A stretch of 32,000 nucleotides of DNA from Promethearchaeia archaeon (GTDB lineage Archaea; Asgardarchaeota; Lokiarchaeia; Sigyniarchaeales; SOKP01). A program made the translations under genes and the position numbers. The notes below the pieces were generated by a model that did no database searches, was not told where the DNA came from, and saw only the letters and a list, made by a program, of their open reading frames with translations. Positions within the stretch are counted from its first letter, which is position 1, and the number at the start of each line of letters is the position of its first letter. The stretch spans positions 1 through 32,000 of the forward strand of contig JAWOFX010000057.1 of the NCBI GenBank assembly GCA_046497275.1. The letters are read 5' to 3'. Positions 8,195 through 17,452 of the stretch are shown piece by piece.

Positions 8195-11161
8195 ATGAAT
8201 GAAGCAGAGATAAATGAAAACTTGGAACGATTTAAACAATCACTTTCTCTTTTAAATGTAGTTTTTAGCCGTAAAAGATATCGTAAAGAAATTGTGAATG
8301 AAGAGACAGGCTACACATTTAATGCGAAGTATCAATTTAGTACTCGAGATGGAGAGTTTGATTTCTATTTAATATTCCAAGATGGAGAAATTAGTACGGG
8401 GGAGGGAAAAATTGAAGACCCTAATATAACGATTTATTATAAAAATAGAGCTACTTTAGCGGAAACATGGAATAAGAGTGCGGACGAGACTTTAGAATAT
8501 TTACTCGATAATAGAATGTCTTATAAAGGCAATATGACCTATTTAACGAAATTTTCCTATCTTACTTCGGTAGCTACTGGAGCGAAAATAAAAGGATATA
8601 AAGGACCTGAAAATCAATTAATTTGTTCTATAGAGGAGATATTAGAAGGAGAAGCCAAGAGAATACTTAAAAATGAGAGTCTTGACAGAAAAATTGATAA
8701 TGTAGAATACTTAGATGATCCCTATTTATCGAAATATACCATCAACGATTTTCCGCGATTAAAATATCTAAAAGCAAGACGTCGGGCGTTAAAACCAGCA
8801 ATTTGTGTTGAGAGAGCAAAATTAGTGACTGATTATCACAAAAAGAATGGATTTGAAACTGATCCTAAAGGAAACCCAATCGATCCAGAGCTCCGTCAAG
8901 CGAACGCTGTTAATTATATTATGAGCAATAAGAAACCGATTATCCATGAAAATCATCTTGTAGCAGGTTCAACCACTTCAAAAGAAGTAGGTGTTCCAAT
9001 ATATCCCGAACTAATTGGTACTGCAGTTTGGCCTGAATTACGAAGCATAGGAAATAGAAAGCTAAATCCCAATGATATAGATCCAAAGGATGCGGATATT
9101 CTTAGTCAAGAAGTATTTCCTTATTGGATGGAAAGAAATGTGCGGGAATATTGCCGTGCTAAATTTGATGATCCAATTTCTCAGTGGCTTGAGGAATGCT
9201 GGGTATTTTATTTTATGATGAAGAATAATGCGATATCTCACACCGTTCCAGGATTTCCTATAATTTTAGAAAAAGGATTAAAAGCCATTAAAGAAGAAGC
9301 TTTTGAAAAGGAACAGAAAGCAGATTCGCCTGATAAAAAGAATTTCTATAAAGCAATTCAAATCTCGATTGACGGCGCTATAAATTATTCTAATCATTTG
9401 AGTGAAGAGGCTTTAAGAATCGCAAATGATTTAGATCCAAATATTCCTGAAGAGGCTATTCGAAAAAAGGAATTAGAGGAAATTTCAAGAATTTGTGCAA
9501 AAGTTCCTGCAGAACCTGCTGAGACTCTCCAAGAGGCAATTCAATCAATTTGGACAAGTTTTGTATGTATACATTGTGAAAATGCTAATTCTGCTATGAG
9601 TATTGGCAGATTGGACCAGATGTTACAACCCTATTTTATGAATGATATTAAAAAAGCGAATACAGATAACGAAAAAGAACAGATGATTGAAAAAGCAATA
9701 GAGTTAGTAGGATCCTTATTTTTAAGAAGTAATGATCATGATCCATTAGTCCCATCTATAGGGAATAAATTGTTTGGAGGTTCCTCATCGGATGACACTG
9801 TTACGGTAGGAGGTGTGGACAGGGATGGTAATAATGCTGTTTGTGATATGACTTTTATTATCTTAAAGACAAATGAAATGCTTTGTTTTCAGGATCCCAA
9901 TATGAATGCAAGATATCATCCCGGTGTTAACTCAGAAGAATACTTACGAAGATTAGTTGAGGTAAATGTAAACATGATATCCTCACCTGCAATTCATAAT
10001 GATAAAACTATGATCGAAGCTCTTGTCAATGAGGGTTTCAAATTAGAACACGCAAGAGACTGGGCAGCAACAGGATGCGTGGAACCTACAATAGTCGGAA
10101 AACACTATGGTCACACTAATTGTATGTTGTTAAATTTAGTTGCACCATTAGAAATGACATTAAATGACGGAATTCATCCTTTAATTGGAGAACAAGTCGG
10201 ACCTAAAACAGACATTCCTTCTTTAGAAAAGTTTCCTACTTTTGAGGATTTTTACAAGGCATATAAAACTCACTTGGCTTATCTAATCGAAAAATCCATA
10301 GAAATTAATAACTTTTTAGGCATGACTCATCAATATATTCATCCTACACCGTTTCTATCTGCTTTCTATGAAGGAACTTTAGACTCGGGAAAAGATATAA
10401 TATATGGTGGAGCGCTTTATAACACTTCAGGAGTAGCTTTGGTTGCCTTAACGGATGTTATCGATAGCTTGCTAGTAATAAAAGATTTAATTTATGATAA
10501 AAAAGAATTAGATTTTTCTACTTTGCTTTATGCATTAGAAGATAATTTTGAAAACGGTTCGGCAGAATTATTGAATAAAATTGATCAAGTAGATAAATTT
10601 GGTTCTGATGAACCTGGAACTAAAGATATTGCAGATAATCTCTTAGAATTTTGCTATAATGAATACAAGAAGACTAAAAATTATCGAGGCGGAGACTATC
10701 TTGTAGGCTATTGGTCTATAAGTTATCATGTTGGATACGGAATGCTTACTGGAGCATTACCATCAGGAAGAAAAGCGGGAGAATCACTAACACACGCGTT
10801 AACACCTGCCCCTGGCAGATCTGATATGTTGTTACAAAATATTCGCACTATCGCAAGCTTAGATCATCTCAAAATGCCAAATAATGCCTCATATAATGTA
10901 AAACTTGTACCTCACGCTAATGATACTCACACAGAGACTTTGGATCTTTTTACAAGCTATGTAGAAAGCTTTTTTGATTTGGGAGGAATGCTATGGCAAT
11001 TTAATATTGTAACCTCAGATACTTTAAGAGATGCGATGGAAAATCCAGATAATTATAGATGGTTAATTGTTAGAGTTTCGGGTTATAATGCATATTTCAC
11101 CCAAATCAATGAAAATATGCAAAGAGAAATAATCGAAAGAACAGAATTCCATTCAAGATAA
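8195..11161 (+). CDS. Glycyl radical enzyme (PFL2/eliminase-like) with N-terminal SCP2-like domain; ATG 8195 preferred over TTG 8174
   Basis: Cys loop WAATGCVEP (Cys codon 10076-10078), Gly loop IVRVSGYNAYF (Gly codon 11081-11083), SIGRLDQ, TVTVGGVD, GALPSGRKAG; GGAG at 8183-8186 upstream of ATG. Confidence 0.95.
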   Translation: MNEAEINENLERFKQSLSLLNVVFSRKRYRKEIVNEETGYTFNAKYQFSTRDGEFDFYLIFQDGEISTGEGKIEDPNITIYYKNRATLAETWNKSADETLEYLLDNRMSYKGNMTYLTKFSYLTSVATGAKIKGYKGPENQLICSIEEILEGEAKRILKNESLDRKIDNVEYLDDPYLSKYTINDFPRLKYLKARRRALKPAICVERAKLVTDYHKKNGFETDPKGNPIDPELRQANAVNYIMSNKKPIIHENHLVAGSTTSKEVGVPIYPELIGTAVWPELRSIGNRKLNPNDIDPKDADILSQEVFPYWMERNVREYCRAKFDDPISQWLEECWVFYFMMKNNAISHTVPGFPIILEKGLKAIKEEAFEKEQKADSPDKKNFYKAIQISIDGAINYSNHLSEEALRIANDLDPNIPEEAIRKKELEEISRICAKVPAEPAETLQEAIQSIWTSFVCIHCENANSAMSIGRLDQMLQPYFMNDIKKANTDNEKEQMIEKAIELVGSLFLRSNDHDPLVPSIGNKLFGGSSSDDTVTVGGVDRDGNNAVCDMTFIILKTNEMLCFQDPNMNARYHPGVNSEEYLRRLVEVNVNMISSPAIHNDKTMIEALVNEGFKLEHARDWAATGCVEPTIVGKHYGHTNCMLLNLVAPLEMTLNDGIHPLIGEQVGPKTDIPSLEKFPTFEDFYKAYKTHLAYLIEKSIEINNFLGMTHQYIHPTPFLSAFYEGTLDSGKDIIYGGALYNTSGVALVALTDVIDSLLVIKDLIYDKKELDFSTLLYALEDNFENGSAELLNKIDQVDKFGSDEPGTKDIADNLLEFCYNEYKKTKNYRGGDYLVGYWSISYHVGYGMLTGALPSGRKAGESLTHALTPAPGRSDMLLQNIRTIASLDHLKMPNNASYNVKLVPHANDTHTETLDLFTSYVESFFDLGGMLWQFNIVTSDTLRDAMENPDNYRWLIVRVSGYNAYFTQINENMQREIIERTEFHSR

Positions 11162-11225
11162 AAGATATTCTTCAGATTCCTATATTTTTAATTCTTTATT
11201 TTTTTTTATTTCTTAATTCTTTATC
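11162..11225 (+). terminator. U-rich archaeal-type terminator region after the GRE
   Basis: Multiple T-tracts (TATATTTTTAATTCTTTATTTTTTTTATTTC) immediately after the stop. Confidence 0.45.
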
Positions 11226-11293
11226 TAAGAAGTCAGTTGTGAATATTTTACTTTAAAAAGGAAAAAGAGAGAGATTATGAACAATCCAAGATT

Positions 11294-11485
11294 TTAGCTG
11301 GCTTTTTTTTCCCATAAAGAACCGAAGATTAATCCTATCACTAAAAAAACCCCAATTAAAATAAAACTCAGCGCATTATTTGTGTAAATAAAAGCTAGGA
11401 TCGCTAAAATCGAACCGAAAATAATACCAAACAACATTCCTAAATTGGTTCTCGAAATCTTCTTATCTTTAGTTTCTGCTACCAT
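11294..11485 (-). CDS. Small two-TM membrane protein
   Basis: 63 aa, two Gly-rich hydrophobic helices, basic N-terminus; SD-like GTGA upstream. Confidence 0.7.
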   Translation of the reverse strand: MVAETKDKKISRTNLGMLFGIIFGSILAILAFIYTNNALSFILIGVFLVIGLIFGSLWEKKAS

Positions 11486-11649
11486 TCTTTATCACTTTAA
11501 ATATTTATTTAAATTTGGAAGTATAAAATTAAAATTACATTTTTATATAATTTTTCTGTTTTTAGGTAATAAACAATTTATGGTCTCATTTTATTAGGTT
11601 TAGTGTCTAAATATAATTTAATATAATTTTAAAAATGAGTTGAAAATCA

Positions 11650-12516
11650 TTGGATTATAATTTCGAAACAATTAATTTTGAACTAAAAGAGAATGGAATT
11701 GGCATTTTAACTCTGAGTAGGCCAGATAAACTGAATGCAATGTCTTTTCAGATGATTGAAGATTTACATGAATTATTAGACCATTTGATGGTAAATCTTA
11801 ATTGTCGTGTAGTAATTTTGAAAGCATCGGGCAGGGCATTTTGCGCAGGATTGGATTTAAAAGAATCTGTGGTTCTCCAATCCAAGAAAAAACCAGATGA
11901 TTTGAAAGAAAAATTTTATTTTATAGATGTACCAGAAAAGGATATAATTAAAGCAAAGATGTATGGACAATGGAGGACTGGTCAATTGATTCTTAAAATG
12001 AGAAAGATAAATCAACCTGTTATTGCTTTAATACAAGGGGCAGCTTCAGGTGCAGGATTTGCCTTTTCATTAGCAGCTGATATAAGAATCGCGGGAGAAA
12101 ATGCAAAATTTAATAATGCTTTCATAAAGGTTGGTTTTTCTGGAGCAGATATGGGAAGTAGTTACCATTTACCGAGATTGATAGGGATGTCAAGAGCAGC
12201 TGAAATTCTGTATACAGGGCGTTTTATTGAAGCGGAAGAAGCAGAAAGAATAGGCTTAGTACTTAAAATCATAAAAGGAGGAGATGAAGAATTATATAAT
12301 GCTGGATTAGAACTTGCTAATAATATGCTTCATAAAAGTCCTTTGGGCTTACGAATGACAAAAGAAGCGATAAATCTTTCGATGGATGCTCCGAGTTTAG
12401 AAACAATGATACAATTAGAAAATCGAACACAGATGCTTTGCTCAACTTCCTCAGATGTTATGGAAGGGGTAAAAGCATTTTTCGAAAAAAGAGATCCAGA
12501 ATATCCATTAAAATAA
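11650..12516 (+). CDS. Enoyl-CoA hydratase/isomerase (crotonase) family protein, TTG start
   Basis: LSRPDKLNAM, GRAFCAGLDL, GAASGAG, AADIRIA, LPRLIG, EAERIGLV, AFFEKRDP. Confidence 0.95.
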   Translation: MDYNFETINFELKENGIGILTLSRPDKLNAMSFQMIEDLHELLDHLMVNLNCRVVILKASGRAFCAGLDLKESVVLQSKKKPDDLKEKFYFIDVPEKDIIKAKMYGQWRTGQLILKMRKINQPVIALIQGAASGAGFAFSLAADIRIAGENAKFNNAFIKVGFSGADMGSSYHLPRLIGMSRAAEILYTGRFIEAEEAERIGLVLKIIKGGDEELYNAGLELANNMLHKSPLGLRMTKEAINLSMDAPSLETMIQLENRTQMLCSTSSDVMEGVKAFFEKRDPEYPLK

Positions 12517-12626
12517 TATTTATTTCTTTTTTCTCTAAAAAACTTTATTTTCATCTTTCTTTTTAACAAATTTTTTATCAGATATTAGCGAAATTTAAAT
12601 ATCATTATAAATCTATATTTTACATA

Positions 12627-13253
12627 ATGTCAGACGAAGACTTGGAGAGTAAGATATCAATTCTAAGAAAGCGAGTCCGAGGGTTATTTTCGAATATCCA
12701 GAAGGGATTGACTGACATTTATCAAGAAGATGAGAATTACATTAAATTAGGTCTTTCAATTTTTAAAGCTAAAGAAATTGCTGTGAACAAGTTAGAAAAA
12801 TACATAAAATCACATAAGACAGACGTGAAAATTCGAGAGGCAGAAAAAAAAGATATAGCCAGGATTAATCAGATTTATCATGAGTCTTGGAATGCTTCTC
12901 ATTTACCTATGAAAGAAGTCACAGAAGATTTATTTATGGAAATTTTTGAAGATGATGATACTAAATTTATTATCGCAGAGTTAGATTCTAAAGATGTGGG
13001 ATTCATATTAGTAGAATTCAATAAATTAAATAAAGAAATCGGATTAATTTCTGGGTTAGGAATTATTCCAGAATATCAAGGTAGAGGCTTAGGGAAGTAT
13101 CTCGCCTTTGAAGCATGGAATTTTTTTAGAGATAAGGGAATAAAAGAATTAAGATGCGAGGTTTACAAAGAGAATAAAATAGCCATTTCCTTTATTAAAT
13201 CTCTTGGATTTGAGGAATATGGGACTTCAGAGGGGATATATACCCTAAAATGA
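12627..13253 (+). CDS. GNAT family N-acetyltransferase with N-terminal helical extension
   Basis: Acetyl-CoA-binding motif A IIPEYQGRGLGK; ENKIAISFIKSLGF. Confidence 0.9.
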   Translation: MSDEDLESKISILRKRVRGLFSNIQKGLTDIYQEDENYIKLGLSIFKAKEIAVNKLEKYIKSHKTDVKIREAEKKDIARINQIYHESWNASHLPMKEVTEDLFMEIFEDDDTKFIIAELDSKDVGFILVEFNKLNKEIGLISGLGIIPEYQGRGLGKYLAFEAWNFFRDKGIKELRCEVYKENKIAISFIKSLGFEEYGTSEGIYTLK

Positions 13254-13254
13254 T

Positions 13255-14571
13255 CTATTCTTGATTAGTATCAAACTTACTTTTCTTTTTTCTATTTTCA
13301 TGAGCATAAAGTTCAGGATGCATTTTTAAATCTATTACCCCTAATAACAACAGAACACCTCCAAAAATTGTAGCTGTATATCCAATTAATTCATATGCAT
13401 TAAGAGTAATGAAAGCTAATGAAAAATAACCAATTTGCAAATAACTTGTTGCTATGAGAGGCATGATTGACTGTGCAATAGATTGAAAATTGGTGGAGTA
13501 TCCCGATGCTGTTCCTTGTTTATCTGATTCTACTGCCTTTGTGATGTTTGATTGAATTAATGGTGGCAGAAAAGCCATTATAAAACCAAAGGGAATAACG
13601 AAAATAAAAACCATCCAATATTCAAATAGAAATGGATAAAATGTTGATACAATTACTGCCAAAGATAATGTGAATAAATATACTGCTTTCTCTCCAAACT
13701 TTTTAATTACTTTTTTCATGAGAAATCCTCCATAAAGCATTACAAAACTAGCTCCAAAAGTCATAACAATACCGATTGCTGATGGACCTGCGCCATACCT
13801 TTTATCCATAACTAAAGCAAGACTTGAATTAAATAAGACTGTGATACTGAACCCAATGAATAATTGTGTAAGTCTAAATATTAATCCTTTGTTCCATATA
13901 GATTTCCTTCCTTCTAATTCATATTTTTTTATTAATTCTTTCTTTATATCCTCTCTTCTTTTAGCTGGCATACTTTCAACTACAACTGTATATGTTAAAA
14001 TTATGCTTGTTGTTGCCATACCGCAAGCAACAAATGCTGGATATCTCCAATTGATTGATCCCAAAAATCCACCTAAACTGGGACCAAAAATCATTCCCAA
14101 AGCATAACTAACAGTAATTTTTCCTATTTCTGCAGATCTTGTTTTTGGAGTTGTAATATCTGTAATATAAGCTCTAATAACAGGTATCTGCCCTCCAAAA
14201 ATTCCATCAAGAATTCTTGATAAAAATATTATGAGGATAGAATCAGATAATCCTAGAACGAGAAAGGCTGCGAATGTACCTGCTTGAGAAATAACTAATA
14301 TCGGTTTTCTTCCATAAATATCACTTAATTTACCCCAAATCGGCCCAAATATTAGTGCTGTGAAAGCATTTGATGATATAAGTATCCCGACAATGATATC
14401 TTCCGCGCCATATATTTGTGCAATCTCTGGCAAAAGTGGTAGGACCATACTATAACCTAAAACATCCACAAAAATACTCAACATTATTGTAAAAAAGGCG
14501 ATCCTTATATTCACATTATATTTTTCTAGTTCATGTCCATTGGTTTTACCTTCAGAAGATTCAATATTCAT
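13255..14571 (-). CDS. MFS transporter, DHA1/TetA-like
   Basis: GKLSDIYGRKP motif A, RILDGIFGG, AYITDIT, GMIFGPSLGG. Confidence 0.9.
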   Translation of the reverse strand: MNIESSEGKTNGHELEKYNVNIRIAFFTIMLSIFVDVLGYSMVLPLLPEIAQIYGAEDIIVGILISSNAFTALIFGPIWGKLSDIYGRKPILVISQAGTFAAFLVLGLSDSILIIFLSRILDGIFGGQIPVIRAYITDITTPKTRSAEIGKITVSYALGMIFGPSLGGFLGSINWRYPAFVACGMATTSIILTYTVVVESMPAKRREDIKKELIKKYELEGRKSIWNKGLIFRLTQLFIGFSITVLFNSSLALVMDKRYGAGPSAIGIVMTFGASFVMLYGGFLMKKVIKKFGEKAVYLFTLSLAVIVSTFYPFLFEYWMVFIFVIPFGFIMAFLPPLIQSNITKAVESDKQGTASGYSTNFQSIAQSIMPLIATSYLQIGYFSLAFITLNAYELIGYTATIFGGVLLLLGVIDLKMHPELYAHENRKKKSKFDTNQE

Positions 14572-14624
14572 AATGCTAGTACTAGATTATAATATAAATT
14601 AAATTTTAAAATAGTTTAATATAT

Positions 14625-14931
14625 TTAAATTATATTAATCTTAAAGAAATTTAAGAAAGGGGCAAAGCATATATTATAAAAGTCTTTAGCGAAAATTATA
14701 TTCCAAATAATTGAAAAGAACATAAAGATTAATAATATAGTAAAGGATAATCGACAAAAATTGCTAAAATTATCAATTAAGAATAACACAATAAATAAGC
14801 CTTTAATAAGGTTCAGAGATCTCTTTTGTTTCTTTGACTTTTTCTGAGCCCTTATCAATCAGAATTTTTATAGTATCTTCACAGTATTTAAGCCAGATTT
14901 CTATGGGGTTTCCTTTATTTTTATTTTCCAT
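14625..14931 (-). pseudogene. Possible fragmented small membrane-protein gene
   Basis: A 42-aa ORF at 14931-14803 (MENKNKGNPIEIWLKYCEDTIKILIDKGSEKVKETKEISEPY) overlaps, in another frame, the hydrophobic 14625-14858 ORF. Confidence 0.25.
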
Positions 14932-15087
14932 AATAATCTATTTTGGCTTGTTATTTAATAAATAATTAAATTTTCACAATATAAAAGTCTTTTTAATACG
15001 GGGTTTTATGTTCTATCTAGAATAAAAAAATAGAAAATACTTAATATTTAAAAGTAAAATAAAACAATAGATTCCATAAAAATTTCA

Positions 15088-16062
15088 ATGTCCTTTACTC
15101 CTACAACATTATATTCTAATTATTTAAATCAATATATTTCTTTCTCTAAAGCAGTAGATTTATTACTGAATTTTATAGAGAATAATTGTGATCCATCAAT
15201 ACGGTTAGATTCTTTGGATATTTTGATAAAAATTGCCCCTCAAGTTCCTGAAACATATAATATCTTAGAAAGATGTTTAATATCTGAAGAGGAAGAAATA
15301 ATTAGAGCGAGAGCAGCAGAGCTATTATCTACTTATTTTTTGGAAAAAAGTCTAAAATCTCTAATATGGTCTATTAGAAATGAAAAATCTTTCCTTGTAT
15401 TGAGTACATTTCGACATATTATTAATGAGATAGATAATCCTCTTATTTTTGATGAATTCCAAAAGAGAATTGATAAATTATCATATAGAATGAGTATAGA
15501 TACTAAAGATTTTGTTTTTGTATTAGATCAATCTAATACTATTGATGATATTCGCATTTTGAGAAATAAAGAAATGAATTTATTATTTTTAAACCAAAAT
15601 ACCATTACATTAGTTAAGAAAGGTAGAATAAGAGGTGTTGTTTTCTCCCTTTTAAAAAAAGTACCAAAAACACTTTATCGATTAGAACGAGTAGATTATT
15701 TAGATTTAAGTTTTAATTATCTAAAAAAATTATCTTCTGAAATATTTAAATTGCGTGAACTTCAATTATTAAATCTGAAAGGAAATGAATTCAATCATTT
15801 TCCCACAATCTTTAGATCCTTTAAAATAAAAAATCTATTATCTTTAAATTTATCATATAATTATATCAATGAAATTCCGGATTGGATTGGTGAGCTCTAC
15901 AGTTTAAAATCATTAGATCTTAGTTATAATGAACTTAATTCTCTCCCCAAATCTATTTCCAATTTAATTAATCTTGAATCTCTCAATATAGAACATAATA
16001 AGTTGAGAGAAATTCCAGATGAAATCTATAATATGAAATCATTGAAGAAGCTGATTATTTGA
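15088..16062 (+). CDS. HEAT-like repeat plus leucine-rich repeat protein
   Basis: N-terminal EEEIIRARAAELL HEAT-like segment; at least five LRRs (LDLSFNYLKKL, LNLKGNEF, LNLSYNYINEIP, LDLSYNELNSLP, LNIEHNKLREIP). Confidence 0.9.
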   Translation: MSFTPTTLYSNYLNQYISFSKAVDLLLNFIENNCDPSIRLDSLDILIKIAPQVPETYNILERCLISEEEEIIRARAAELLSTYFLEKSLKSLIWSIRNEKSFLVLSTFRHIINEIDNPLIFDEFQKRIDKLSYRMSIDTKDFVFVLDQSNTIDDIRILRNKEMNLLFLNQNTITLVKKGRIRGVVFSLLKKVPKTLYRLERVDYLDLSFNYLKKLSSEIFKLRELQLLNLKGNEFNHFPTIFRSFKIKNLLSLNLSYNYINEIPDWIGELYSLKSLDLSYNELNSLPKSISNLINLESLNIEHNKLREIPDEIYNMKSLKKLII

Positions 16063-16108
16063 ACTTATCAGAAATTTAGAAAATATTTTTCGCTAATAGA
16101 ATTAATAA

Positions 16109-17230
16109 TCAATTTTTATTCGATTTGAATTTTTGATATTTTTCTTTTAATTGATTTTTTTTAGCTAAAATAGAACTATAAAGTTTGGTTGATGTTTCGG
16201 GTGGTTTTTTAATATTTTTGATAATATTCAGGGATAAAGCTTCAGATGGACATATATAAACGCAATTTCCACATCCAATGCATCGCTTTTTATTTATTTG
16301 AGCTCTATCTTCTTCAAGAGTTATTGCGTCCATTTGACATCTGTCAATACAAGTTCCACATCCAATGCATAATTCTGAATCTACTTGAGCATAAAAATTA
16401 TTATGTGCAAGTTTAGAAGGATTATGAAGTTTTCTTAAACCAGCTGTCAAACCACAGCAACATGTACAGCATCCACAGAAGAAAAGGGGTTCTTGAGTAT
16501 TTTCAACATTTAATATTAATCCATCTTCTTCATTTTTCTTCAAAATGTTTAAAGCTTCTTTCTTAGAGATTTCTCGTGCCCATCCTTGATCTATATATAA
16601 CTGAGCCATCCAGTCGACCGCCATACATATTTCTCTTCGATCAGTAATTTTGCACGGTTTTCCAATCATATCTGTTGCTTTCTTACATATACAATCCGTT
16701 ACGGCAAAAGGAGGGTTTGCTTTTTCAAAAATCTCTTTTATATTATCATAAGTAGATATTTTAATCTCTGATTCAATACTTTGTTCAATGGGAACCGTCC
16801 TAAGTTGTGAAATTTTAGTTCTCATTATCTCAAATCCGAATGCTTCCGTGATATAATGAAATACGTCTTTTACTAATTGCTTATCTAAACGTTTTAATTG
16901 ATACTCATAAAATCCTACTACTAATGGTGCGTTTGCATAGAATTTTGTATTATTCTCGTATTTATAATTAATAAGACCATCTTGAACCATTTCATTTAAA
17001 ACAGATTCGAGTTGATTGATCGAAATTTCATCGATATCTATAGTTTTATATATTTCTTCCAATTTCTGCCACTTCCATGATAGAAAAGTGGCAATATGAG
17101 CTTGATCGGGTTGGAAAAGTTGTTTAAGGATTTTTATTTCAATCCCAGATTTGGTTGCAGGGTATCCAATAGGCATTCTATCAAGATGTTCCCTTAATTC
17201 ATTATAAACATTTTCCTTATTTTCTTTCAT
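16109..17230 (-). CDS. Cys-rich 4Fe-4S dicluster protein (paralogue A)
   Basis: CICKK...C...C, CGCCTCCC cluster, two ferredoxin motifs CIGCGTCIDRC and CIGCGNCVYICP. Confidence 0.9.
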   Translation of the reverse strand: MKENKENVYNELREHLDRMPIGYPATKSGIEIKILKQLFQPDQAHIATFLSWKWQKLEEIYKTIDIDEISINQLESVLNEMVQDGLINYKYENNTKFYANAPLVVGFYEYQLKRLDKQLVKDVFHYITEAFGFEIMRTKISQLRTVPIEQSIESEIKISTYDNIKEIFEKANPPFAVTDCICKKATDMIGKPCKITDRREICMAVDWMAQLYIDQGWAREISKKEALNILKKNEEDGLILNVENTQEPLFFCGCCTCCCGLTAGLRKLHNPSKLAHNNFYAQVDSELCIGCGTCIDRCQMDAITLEEDRAQINKKRCIGCGNCVYICPSEALSLNIIKNIKKPPETSTKLYSSILAKKNQLKEKYQKFKSNKN

Positions 17231-17452
17231 AACAAAATGTATTCATTTTATTGATTATAAATGTGATAATCAGATTTATAAGAATTTCTATTTTTGAAAA
17301 TATTTTTTTTCGAATATTGGAAAACCTACTTTAGAAAGGATTGGTATTCTAATTTATATTTATGCATTTTAGTTCACATTCTTAAAATTTGTAAAAGATT
17401 TTATTTATGGATATCAAATTATCTTTTAACAATTAAAAAAAATGTGTGAAAT

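Noticed and set aside
8195-11161. Calling the GRE pyruvate formate-lyase, anaerobic ribonucleotide reductase or a fumarate-adding enzyme
   Set aside because: It has a single-Cys GCVE loop rather than the PFL CC pair, no NrdD features, and no small subunit genes typical of BSS/ASS
11599-11611. TTTAG-TGT-CTAAA palindrome upstream of crotonase, vaguely MntR-box-like
   Set aside because: Only 5-bp arms in very AT-rich DNA; expected by chance
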